Below are positions 7,503 to 14,944 of a stretch of DNA of 20,000 bases, one piece after another. Numbering within the stretch: the first letter of the stretch is position 1; every line of letters begins with the position of its first letter. The DNA is taken from IMG/VR virus record IMGVR_UViG_3300031088_000603, one strand, 5' to 3'. The notes beneath the pieces are model-generated. The model saw only the letters and a list, made by a program, of their open reading frames with translations. It made no database searches and was not told the DNA's origin. This DNA is from an uncultured virus (IMG/VR IMGVR_UViG_3300031088_000603) (taxonomy: Duplodnaviria > Heunggongvirae > Uroviricota > Caudoviricetes). Position numbers and translations under genes: made by a program.

Positions 7503-8255
7503 TTACTGGATGAGACCAGCACCACGGGCTGCGGTGAGCCACTGCGGGTATTCCTCGAAGAGGACATCGAAGAGAGCCTCGTCGCTGATACGGTCTACGT
7601 CGCCAACAGGCTGGTAGTCAGCGTTGTCGATGAGACGCTTGGGCAGGTCGTCCAGCTTCTGGAGGAAGGGGATGGGCGAATTACCGATGGAGATGAACTT
7701 CCAGAAGATAGGCTGCTCGGCAGCCTCGGTGATGGCACGTACAGCAGCGGACTCGCTGTCGGGGGCACCGTCAGTCAGGAAGATGACGAAGATAGGCTCC
7801 TTGACAGGCAGAGCGGTCGAACTGGGTGCGCTCTTCTTGCCAAACAGACCCTTCTTGATTCCGCCACCAGTGAGACCGTAGTGCTCGCGGACGGAGTTGA
7901 TGGCATCTGCGTAGTCGGTGGTTCCCATGCGACGACCGGCGCGGAGAGCGTCTACCGAGTTCTGGTAGTCGTTGATGGTGATCTCGCCAGCGTGGATGGC
8001 GCTGCTGTCGAAGAAGAACAGATCGATGTTGCCATCGTCGTCGAACTGGGTACCGAGAGCAAGAGCCTTCTCAGCGAGACGCTGCATCGAGCCGTTGCTG
8101 TACTCGTTGCGCATGGAGCCGGAGTGGTCGAGGAGTAGGGCAACCTTGGCGGAGTGTCCATCGAGACCGAATCGGCTTAGAGAGTTGACAGCCTTCTTGG
8201 TGAGGCTGAGAAGCTGAGGTGCCTCGCGCTCAATCTTTTCGAGACTAATTCCCAT
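7503..8255 (-). CDS. vWA-domain protein of the TerF C-terminal (ter stress-response) type
   Basis: MIDAS DHSGSM, GTTDY, IFLTDG, PIFWKFISIG, FLQKLDDL..RLIDNA..., LFEEYPQWL. AGAAAGG RBS before ATG 8255; promoter TTGCAT-16-TATGAT at 8284-8311. Confidence 0.9.
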   Translation of the reverse strand: MGISLEKIEREAPQLLSLTKKAVNSLSRFGLDGHSAKVALLLDHSGSMRNEYSNGSMQRLAEKALALGTQFDDDGNIDLFFFDSSAIHAGEITINDYQNSVDALRAGRRMGTTDYADAINSVREHYGLTGGGIKKGLFGKKSAPSSTALPVKEPIFVIFLTDGAPDSESAAVRAITEAAEQPIFWKFISIGNSPIPFLQKLDDLPKRLIDNADYQPVGDVDRISDEALFDVLFEEYPQWLTAARGAGLIQ

Positions 8256-8334
8256 TGTGTGCCTTTCTGTTGGTTGAGTAGGCATCATAGCAACATGCTG
8301 ACTGAATGCAACCCCTCCCAGACTATTTTAGGGA

Positions 8335-8363
8335 TTGCTTATCATAGCTATTTATGGTAGCCT
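8335..8363 (+). promoter_or_regulatory. sigmaA-like promoter
   Basis: TTGCTT-17 bp-TAGCCT with extended TG. Confidence 0.65.
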
Positions 8364-8394
8364 CAAAGTAACTATACGAAATGGACAACAGCAT

Positions 8395-8697
8395 ATGAGT
8401 AACGTCATCCTGAATGATGTAGAAGCAGTGGATATCGAGAGCCTTCTGCAAGAGCAGCGACCCCTCGGCGTGAAGCACATCGCCACCTACGTCAAGCCCA
8501 CTGGCGATGATGAGGCTGTGGTGGTCACCATTCAGCGTGAAGGGTTCGCTCTGTTCGGCTGGGCTGTCAGCACCTATAAGCTCGCGTCAACTGGTCGCCG
8601 TCGTGTCACTCACAAGGTCTCGCGTGTTGGTTTCGAGGTGTTCAATTCGTATGCGGATGCCGCTATCGAGGCAAACCTCATTGTTGGTAACGTGTAA
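8395..8697 (+). CDS. Hypothetical protein (100 aa)
   Basis: Start moved to ATG 8395, downstream of the promoter; codon bias. Confidence 0.72.
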   Translation: MSNVILNDVEAVDIESLLQEQRPLGVKHIATYVKPTGDDEAVVVTIQREGFALFGWAVSTYKLASTGRRRVTHKVSRVGFEVFNSYADAAIEANLIVGNV

Positions 8698-8710
8698 CGA
8701 CTGCATGCCT

Positions 8711-8742
8711 GTTTCGTCATGGTCGGCTATCGCTGCTATGAT
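8711..8742 (+). promoter_or_regulatory. Leaderless promoter with GTTTCGT upstream element
   Basis: GTTTCGT at 8711, TG-C-TATGAT at 8737-8742, 6 nt to ATG 8749. Confidence 0.6.
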
Positions 8743-8748
8743 TGCGTC

Positions 8749-9609
8749 ATGACTTCGCACCTTACCCCTACGCCCATCGTAGACAAGAACGGCAAGCAGA
8801 CCACCGTCTTGCGCAGCAATGCCCCTACGACTACTGGGCGCTCGCTTCCCAAGCCCACGACCCCTGGTGCCAACAAGGCACTCTCCGTGGTCCGTAAGAG
8901 CCTGAACAAGGCTGGTCTTCCTCGTAACGAAGAGAACGTCTATGAGGTTGCCCGTCACCTCAGTGCCACCACAGGTTCCGGAAGCCGCTACCAGAGCACC
9001 GCTAAGCTCATCGCTCGCCTCTACTCGCTCTCTGGTCCTGAGGCTAAGCAGGCTACGGATAGCGTCTTCAATGCCGTTGGTCTCAATGCTGAGATCAAGG
9101 AGACGACCAACCGCGAAGTGCTGATGAGCGCGGCAACCAAGAAGCTCAATGAGAACTTCAAGGTGCGCTATTCCAAGAACCCCGCCGCTGGCATCCTTGA
9201 TGCTATCGAGGCTGTTCGTGAAGACATCCAGTCCGAGAACCCGACGACGATAGAGATTGACCTCGACGCGCTTGCTGATGAGACCGATAGCGACAGTAGT
9301 GAAGCAAATGATGCTGCCGACGCTGCTGCTTTCGTCGATGACATTCGTGACGGTCAGGGCGGCATGATCGACAAGATGAACGCCATGCTCGCAACAGACG
9401 ATAAGGCGACTCTCGCGGTCATCAACGAGGTCATCGGAAAGCGTACGCCGAAGGAAGAGGTTGAGTTCAGCTACCTTCTCATGCGCACGCTGGGTTCCGA
9501 CCTTAGCGAGGATGGCAAGCGTGAAGCTGTCGCCTTGGTTGCTGATGACTACATCAAGTTCGATGAGCAGCAGGTATTCATCGATGATCTTTTCGAGCGT
9601 CTCGTTTAG
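8749..9609 (+). CDS. Hypothetical protein (286 aa) with N-terminal LTPTPIVDKNGKQTTV tag, basic N-half and acidic C-half
   Basis: Codon bias; leaderless start; tag shared with the next gene. Confidence 0.8.
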   Translation: MTSHLTPTPIVDKNGKQTTVLRSNAPTTTGRSLPKPTTPGANKALSVVRKSLNKAGLPRNEENVYEVARHLSATTGSGSRYQSTAKLIARLYSLSGPEAKQATDSVFNAVGLNAEIKETTNREVLMSAATKKLNENFKVRYSKNPAAGILDAIEAVREDIQSENPTTIEIDLDALADETDSDSSEANDAADAAAFVDDIRDGQGGMIDKMNAMLATDDKATLAVINEVIGKRTPKEEVEFSYLLMRTLGSDLSEDGKREAVALVADDYIKFDEQQVFIDDLFERLV

Positions 9610-9655
9610 CGTTTCGTAGTCGGCGGTAGGTGGCATACTCTTTGTAAGGAGAAGT

Positions 9656-10390
9656 ATGCCCAACCTCACGAGAACACCCATTGTCGATTCCAATGGCAAG
9701 CCCACACACGTCTGGAAAAGCACTGACGAGCCAACTGGTTCATCTCGTGCTGCCGCTGCCCCTGTAGCCCCTCCTGCGCCTGTACAGGCGGATTACTACG
9801 GCTTCAAGTCGTGGGCTGATAGTAGCCGAGCAGAACGCTTGGTAGTGATGGAAGAGATGGCTACCAATGCCATGTTCGAGCATGGATTATTCGATGACGA
9901 TTACCGAGACTGGAGGTTCGAATTCAAGCGTGGTCGTCGTGTTCTGGGTGATTGCCGTTTCGGTACTGATACCGGCACCATTAGGATCTCCAAGGACTTG
10001 GCTGAGCTTGACGATAATGAGGGTATCGAGCAGGTCATCTTGCATGAAGTAGCTCATGCATTAGCTGGACGAGACGCTAATCATGGTCCAAAGTGGAAGG
10101 CAATCGCCAAGAGTATTGGCTATGAGCACGGTAGAACCCTCTCTCTTCCCGTTCCTCAATCCGCTTCGAGCGCCTCGCGGAATAAAGTGGCTATATGGAA
10201 TGGAAAGGAAGTGCCAGTCTATGTTGGCGACACGGTTCGTGCTTGGGATGGTGTCAACGTCAAGATTGTCAAGGTGAATCAGAAGAACTTCCGAGGTATC
10301 GCTGAGGATGGCTCTTCTCACTATGACATTAGCTTCCGAAGAGCAGAGCAATACAAGAACGACTACGCTGCTGTCCAGTCGCAAAAGTAA
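9656..10390 (+). CDS. SprT-like zinc metalloprotease with N-terminal LTRTPIVDSNGKPTHV tag
   Basis: WRFEFKRGRRVLGDC...IRIS...VILHEVAHAL...HGPKWKAIAKSIG is the SprT-like signature; AAGGAG RBS; possible SH3/KOW-like C-terminal domain. Confidence 0.88.
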   Translation: MPNLTRTPIVDSNGKPTHVWKSTDEPTGSSRAAAAPVAPPAPVQADYYGFKSWADSSRAERLVVMEEMATNAMFEHGLFDDDYRDWRFEFKRGRRVLGDCRFGTDTGTIRISKDLAELDDNEGIEQVILHEVAHALAGRDANHGPKWKAIAKSIGYEHGRTLSLPVPQSASSASRNKVAIWNGKEVPVYVGDTVRAWDGVNVKIVKVNQKNFRGIAEDGSSHYDISFRRAEQYKNDYAAVQSQK

Positions 10391-10394
10391 AGCA

Positions 10395-10426
10395 AGAAGC
10401 CCCTACCGCATCTGGTAGGGGCTTCT
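10395..10426. terminator. Bidirectional intrinsic terminator
   Basis: AGAAGCCCCTACC / GGTAGGGGCTTCT between convergent genes. Confidence 0.88.
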
Positions 10427-10434
10427 CTATGTTG

Positions 10435-11232
10435 TCACCAGTCGTGCTTCTCAACACCTAGTGCCGAGAGTTCGTTCTCCAAGTAGTTCTTGTCCCACTT
10501 CGTGTCACCACAAGGCGAACTGATTGTCACATCGTAGCTCCGAAGGCTCTCGAATCCCCACTCATTGTAGACACGGCAGGTGGCATCCGTCTCGATGATC
10601 TGTGTGACATCATCCTGATTGACCGCAGTATCCTGCCTGGCGCTCACAACGAAGTCGAAGTGCTCGTTGTACTGGGTGTAGTGAGAGTACTCGTGCAGGA
10701 GGACGAGTAGACGGCTCTCCTGGGAAGTCTGATCTCCCCACGAGAAAAACACCGTCTTGCCGTAGACGTTGCTGTAGCAGCCTGACACGTCGTTCTCGAT
10801 GGGAGCTTCGAGGTTGACTCCGCAGTTGAGCGACTTGTCTCGGGTGACGACAACTTTGATTTCAGGGTCAACGCCTGGGATCTGGCGAAGGTAATCCTGC
10901 ACGTTCATGCCATCAGCAAATACAGGAGCAGCATCCGAAGCTGGCGTGGGTGCCACGTTCTCACCCGACCTCCAGCGGTCTTCGTAACCGCCGTCATCGA
11001 CGATGATAGATGCTGCGGCGGGAATGGAGCCATCCTCTCCTGTTCGTCCGAAGTTCGTTGCGCTGACGGATATCGCCGGTCGCACAATCTTGGCGAGGTC
11101 GTCACCTACAAAGGGAATCTCGGCGGGCACAACAAGTACCACCGAAGCGATACCCGGAACGAGAAGAAACCCGACCCAGAATCCGATTCCATTGATGAGC
11201 TTACGCATCTTGCTGTTGTTCTTGCGCTTCAT
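10435..11232 (-). CDS. Membrane-anchored extracytoplasmic zincin-like metallopeptidase (HEYSH)
   Basis: Basic N-terminus plus TM helix; NCG...GCY...LLHEYSHYTQ...IETDATC, a layout resembling neutral zinc metallopeptidases; 4 Cys. Confidence 0.72.
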   Translation of the reverse strand: MKRKNNSKMRKLINGIGFWVGFLLVPGIASVVLVVPAEIPFVGDDLAKIVRPAISVSATNFGRTGEDGSIPAAASIIVDDGGYEDRWRSGENVAPTPASDAAPVFADGMNVQDYLRQIPGVDPEIKVVVTRDKSLNCGVNLEAPIENDVSGCYSNVYGKTVFFSWGDQTSQESRLLVLLHEYSHYTQYNEHFDFVVSARQDTAVNQDDVTQIIETDATCRVYNEWGFESLRSYDVTISSPCGDTKWDKNYLENELSALGVEKHDW

Positions 11233-11272
11233 GGCTGGAACCTTGTCTGAGTCGGGTTTCTTACGGTCGTTG

Positions 11273-12073
11273 TTACTGCTGAGTCGAGACTACACCCAAA
11301 GCCGCAATCTGTGTCTCAAGGTAGTTCATGTCCCACGGCGTGTCGCCACAGGGGGTGTTGATTCGCTTCTCCTGCTCGCGGAGGTAGTCGAAGCCCCACG
11401 AGTAGACACGGCAGGTGGAGTCGGTGCTGAGGATCTGGCGGAAAGCCTCATCGCTGATGGTTGCAGGCTTGCCATCAGCAGTCGGCTTGGCTGCCTTCTC
11501 CGCGCTGACGATGGTGCTGTAGTAGTAGAAGTTCTGGTAGAAGCGGGCGTACTGCTTGAGAAGCATGAGCTTCTTCACGTCCTCCTTCGCCTGCTTGCCC
11601 CAGTACATGAAGATGGTCTTGCCGTAGTCACGCGAGTAGCAAGCGTCAACGGCGAACACATCCGGCTTCTCCTCCGGCACCCAACTCGAACCGCAGTTGT
11701 ACATGGGGTTGTCGGTCACGACGACCTGCACCTCGGGGTCCACGTTGTCGAGGCTGTGGAGCCACTCGTTCGCGGTCATGTCATCGACGAACGGCTTGAC
11801 CTCTGCGTCCTCGGAGGGCGGCGGCGTGCTGACGTTGGGGTTCTCCTTCCAGAGTTGCTCCCCCGTCTTCTCCACGACCTCGGTGAAGACGGTCTTCGTA
11901 CCGCTGTCGGAGTCACCGCTCAGCCCAGTGAGCGCAGCGATGTCGCTGGTGATGCCCTGACCGGGACCAACGAGGAACCCGGCGACGAGGATAGGTGCGA
12001 GTGCCATTCCAACAAGGAAAGCCTTGGTCTTGGTGAAGCCCTTACGGGTCTTCGTGCTCTTGTGCTTGTTCAT
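11273..12073 (-). CDS. Paralogue of 10435-11232 lacking the zinc ligands (pseudo-peptidase)
   Basis: Same NCG, CYS..YGKT.F..WG, TD.TCRVY.WGF and PCGDT.WD.NYLE motifs, but HEYSH is replaced by KQYAR. AAGGAAGG RBS before ATG 12073, which overlaps the upstream stop (ATGA). Confidence 0.8.
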   Translation of the reverse strand: MNKHKSTKTRKGFTKTKAFLVGMALAPILVAGFLVGPGQGITSDIAALTGLSGDSDSGTKTVFTEVVEKTGEQLWKENPNVSTPPPSEDAEVKPFVDDMTANEWLHSLDNVDPEVQVVVTDNPMYNCGSSWVPEEKPDVFAVDACYSRDYGKTIFMYWGKQAKEDVKKLMLLKQYARFYQNFYYYSTIVSAEKAAKPTADGKPATISDEAFRQILSTDSTCRVYSWGFDYLREQEKRINTPCGDTPWDMNYLETQIAALGVVSTQQ

Positions 12074-12453
12074 GATCGGTGACCTTCCTTGTGACCGTAG
12101 GTGAGTGAACACGGACCCTTCATGCGAGATGACTTGTACATGCAGAGACGCTTGTTGTTCTTGGCTTCTACTGTGGAGCGGTGGACTGGGATGATGTGGG
12201 CTGTGTGCTCCGTGCCGAGGATTTCCTCTTGGTGCCGACTGATTGCTTCGAGCACGATGGTGTTGAGGTCATCGCCGTAACGGTGGGTGAAGCGAGGTGC
12301 TGCGTCCCACTCACCGGGAGTGGGTTCTTGGTGCTGATTGACCACTGCGTACTCGTTGATTGAATCTTCGTTGAGTCCGCTTCTTGTCAGACGACCGATG
12401 TGGAACGTCTCGGTGACGTTCTCGTTGACGCTGATTCGAACTTGAATGGGCAT
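12070..12453 (-). CDS. Hypothetical protein (127 aa), leaderless; C-terminal C-x9-C...H..GH may bind zinc
   Basis: Promoter TTGCAC-17-TAGTAT (12460-12488), 6 nt to ATG; ATGA coupling to the next gene. Confidence 0.72.
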   Translation of the reverse strand: MPIQVRISVNENVTETFHIGRLTRSGLNEDSINEYAVVNQHQEPTPGEWDAAPRFTHRYGDDLNTIVLEAISRHQEEILGTEHTAHIIPVHRSTVEAKNNKRLCMYKSSRMKGPCSLTYGHKEGHRS

Positions 12454-12512
12454 ACTTAGATACTAGCGCACAATCGAAAAGAGTGCAACTTCATGTTCGG
12501 GAATTTTGGTGA

Positions 12513-13013
12513 CTATCGGTAGATAGCATTTTCCTTGATGGTGATGAGGTCGCCCTGTGAGCCAATACGCTCGATGAGATAGACGTAGCTCTGCTTCTTA
12601 TCGTTCCATCGCACGGAGTCAACGGTGCACTCCGACAGGTATGGTTCGAGGTCGTCACCTTCATTGAGATTGACGGTCTGACCAATGACGTACAACGGAG
12701 TGGGCTTCTGTGGTTCCATCTCATCATCAGAGATGTCCTCGATCTTGCGTCCGTGAGATAGTGTGGAAACACGTTCTGGGGGTGATGTGAGAAGCCGTCT
12801 CGACGACTTCTTCGCTACCTCAGGCTCAGGTTCTTTCTGGATGTCCTGAGGTCCAGCCACCAATGAAAGGATCTCCGCATTGAGATCCCGAATGACTTTG
12901 GCGGCATAGGCGAACTTAGTATCGTCTAGCTCCGCAGCTATAGATGAGGCAATGTCGATGAGACGTTGCTGCTCTTCAGTGGGCTGCTTGCTCCCTTCGG
13001 GAGTGGAAGTCAT
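12513..13013 (-). CDS. Hypothetical protein (166 aa): helical N-domain, linker, possible SH3-like C-terminal domain
   Basis: GAAAGG RBS before ATG 13013; promoter TAGCCA-17-TAGTCT at 13040-13068; YVIGQTV...TVDSVRW...YVYLIE pattern. Confidence 0.7.
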   Translation of the reverse strand: MTSTPEGSKQPTEEQQRLIDIASSIAAELDDTKFAYAAKVIRDLNAEILSLVAGPQDIQKEPEPEVAKKSSRRLLTSPPERVSTLSHGRKIEDISDDEMEPQKPTPLYVIGQTVNLNEGDDLEPYLSECTVDSVRWNDKKQSYVYLIERIGSQGDLITIKENAIYR

Positions 13014-13146
13014 GTCGTGCCTTTCGTGTGACTGGCAGAAGACTACATCCTCAATGCAGATTTGGCTAGTGGCGTGCTTCTGCAACAATCATGCATATGC
13101 ATAGTGTAACCATAAAGGGGGCTTTCATATTGGGTAAGAAAGGTGT

Positions 13147-13170
13147 CATGTCCTCTAAAATAGGGACATG
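13147..13170 (+). promoter_or_regulatory. Leaderless -10 (TAAAAT) bracketed by a 7-bp inverted repeat; putative operator of the pilin-adhesin operon
   Basis: CATGTCC-N10-GGACATG spans TAAAAT (13156-13161) and ATG 13168 (6-nt spacing). Confidence 0.5.
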
Positions 13171-14886
13171 CTATCGAATTGTGCCTTTCAGTCTGACCAG
13201 GCTGAAAACTCGATCATGCAGACAATCACCATTGCAGTGTCAGCAATCCTGATAGCTGCTGGTTTGGTGACAGCCCCTGGTCTCATCAATAACGCGCGCG
13301 ACAATAACGCCACGACTGACCTCGCAAACATCGCTTATGCCGAAGAGATGTTCATGGGCACAACCGGTCAGTACTCATCTTCCGTCACTCAGGCTCAGGC
13401 TGATTCTTCGGGATTCTGGTTAGGAAAACAGGACGGACTGAAGTACAACCTATCGAGCAAGGTATCCAACCAAAAGGCTCTGGTGTGTAGTGACCCAAAC
13501 TGGCACTACCTTGCTAAGGCAACGTCTTCGTCTGGTAAGACATTCTTCCGTGTTTCGGGTAGATCAGTAACATCGACCGATATCAGCAAGATCGATGTTC
13601 CTTCTTGTATTGCGAACCTACCTGGGTACGCTGACTTCATCAGTGAATCCTCCACCCCTGTAACAGAACCGGGGTCAAACCCTTCGACCACACCGGTCGT
13701 TGTTGCGCCTACCACCCCTCCCGTAGCAGCGACTCCACTTGCGTTCAAGACAGCACCTGTATTGAAAGCATCATCCATTGGTGTTCCTGTGAATTACAAG
13801 CTAGAGACCAACTTCCCAGCAGCCGATGTGGACTACTCAGTGGCAGATGATTCGGTCCTTCCTCAAGGTCTTGTGCTTTCCGATAATAGTATTGAAGGTC
13901 GTATCTCTCAGGCTGGTCAGTATGAGTTCACTATCGATGCCACTAGCGGCACTCAAACCGTAAGCCAAGACTTCGATATCACCATCAACGCTATTGATCT
14001 GTCTAACAACGCACAGCCTATCTATGCGGCGAAATCGTCATACAGCACTATCAATAACGTCTACAGGTCTTCTTCGACGGGTGGTATTACTGGCGTAGTG
14101 GTCGCTCCTGACGGTTCTGTTTATCATGCCCAGAGAAACACCGTATACAAGTTCTCATCTCCATCAGATACGAAGGGTTCTATCCTTGCTGGTTCTCCTG
14201 GCGTATCCGGTTCGAATGATGGTCCTGGCAGCACCGCCACATTCTCATCCATTATCGACATGGTGATGGATTCAGCAGGCAATATTTACCTTACCGAAGG
14301 TAGCGCCAGTAACGGAAGCGTAAGAAAGATATCACCTGATGGCTATGTCACGACCGTTGTCTCGCTAGCTAACGTCAAGGCTTTGTCTATTGGTCCGGAT
14401 GGAAAGCTTTATGTATCTACCAATGGTATCGGAAAGACATTTGTCTATCAGATCCAAGCTGATGGAACTCCAGTGGTATTTGCCGGTACCGGTGCCGTTA
14501 CTGGCGATAAAGTAGGACCAAAGCTTACTGCAACGTTTAGTGCCCTCGCCGGTATGTCCTGGGATTCAAGCGGCAACCTATTCATTGCCGATGGTAACTA
14601 TGTAAAGAAGATAGATACTGCCGGAATCGTTACCAACTACTCATCCACAACCGGCTTCGACGTATACGTAGACAGCAAAAACAACGTCTTTGTTATGCAA
14701 AACTCCAAGCTTGTCAAGATAGCCCCGAACCTAACTGTATCAACGGTAGTTGGTAATGGCACGCAAGGAAGTGCATCAGGCTTACTAGATGCATCGTTGT
14801 GGAACGTTAGGTTCTTCGCGGTGGGCAGTGATGGCAGCATCTACATTCCTGACTCAGGCGTTTACTACACAAAGGTGGTCAAGTGA
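13168..14886 (+). CDS. Pilin-like adhesin 1: type IV pilin-like domain + Pro/Thr linker + Ig-like domain + NHL-type beta-propeller
   Basis: AENSIMQTITIAVSAILIAAGLVTAPGLINNARDNNATTDLANIAYAEE...GQY resembles the pilin alpha1 helix; LPQGLVL...IEG...AGQYEFTIDA is Ig-like; repeats DSAGNIYLT, DSSGNLFIAD, DGSIYIPD. Confidence 0.75.
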   Translation: MLSNCAFQSDQAENSIMQTITIAVSAILIAAGLVTAPGLINNARDNNATTDLANIAYAEEMFMGTTGQYSSSVTQAQADSSGFWLGKQDGLKYNLSSKVSNQKALVCSDPNWHYLAKATSSSGKTFFRVSGRSVTSTDISKIDVPSCIANLPGYADFISESSTPVTEPGSNPSTTPVVVAPTTPPVAATPLAFKTAPVLKASSIGVPVNYKLETNFPAADVDYSVADDSVLPQGLVLSDNSIEGRISQAGQYEFTIDATSGTQTVSQDFDITINAIDLSNNAQPIYAAKSSYSTINNVYRSSSTGGITGVVVAPDGSVYHAQRNTVYKFSSPSDTKGSILAGSPGVSGSNDGPGSTATFSSIIDMVMDSAGNIYLTEGSASNGSVRKISPDGYVTTVVSLANVKALSIGPDGKLYVSTNGIGKTFVYQIQADGTPVVFAGTGAVTGDKVGPKLTATFSALAGMSWDSSGNLFIADGNYVKKIDTAGIVTNYSSTTGFDVYVDSKNNVFVMQNSKLVKIAPNLTVSTVVGNGTQGSASGLLDASLWNVRFFAVGSDGSIYIPDSGVYYTKVVK

Positions 14887-14944
14887 TGAACACCAAATGC
14901 ATCTATGACGACGCTGCTGAAAACAGCATCATGCAGACAATCAC
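14886..14944 (+). repeat. 59-bp direct repeat, copy 1 (copy 2 at 16586-16644)
   Basis: ATGAACACC...GACAATCAC, 58/59 identical, exactly 1700 bp apart. Confidence 0.9.

Noticed and set aside
7500..8138. 212-aa plus-strand ORF (similarly 5489-6079, 3206-3739, 19097-19738, 2153-2671)
   Set aside because: Antisense shadows of well-supported genes, caused by codon bias.
8587..9723. 378-aa minus-strand ORF
   Set aside because: Antisense shadow of the codon-biased 8749-9609 gene; no RBS or recognisable motifs, and it overlaps three better-supported genes.
11003..12082. 359-aa plus-strand ORF
   Set aside because: Antisense to the peptidase paralogue pair, whose mutual homology shows the minus strand is coding.
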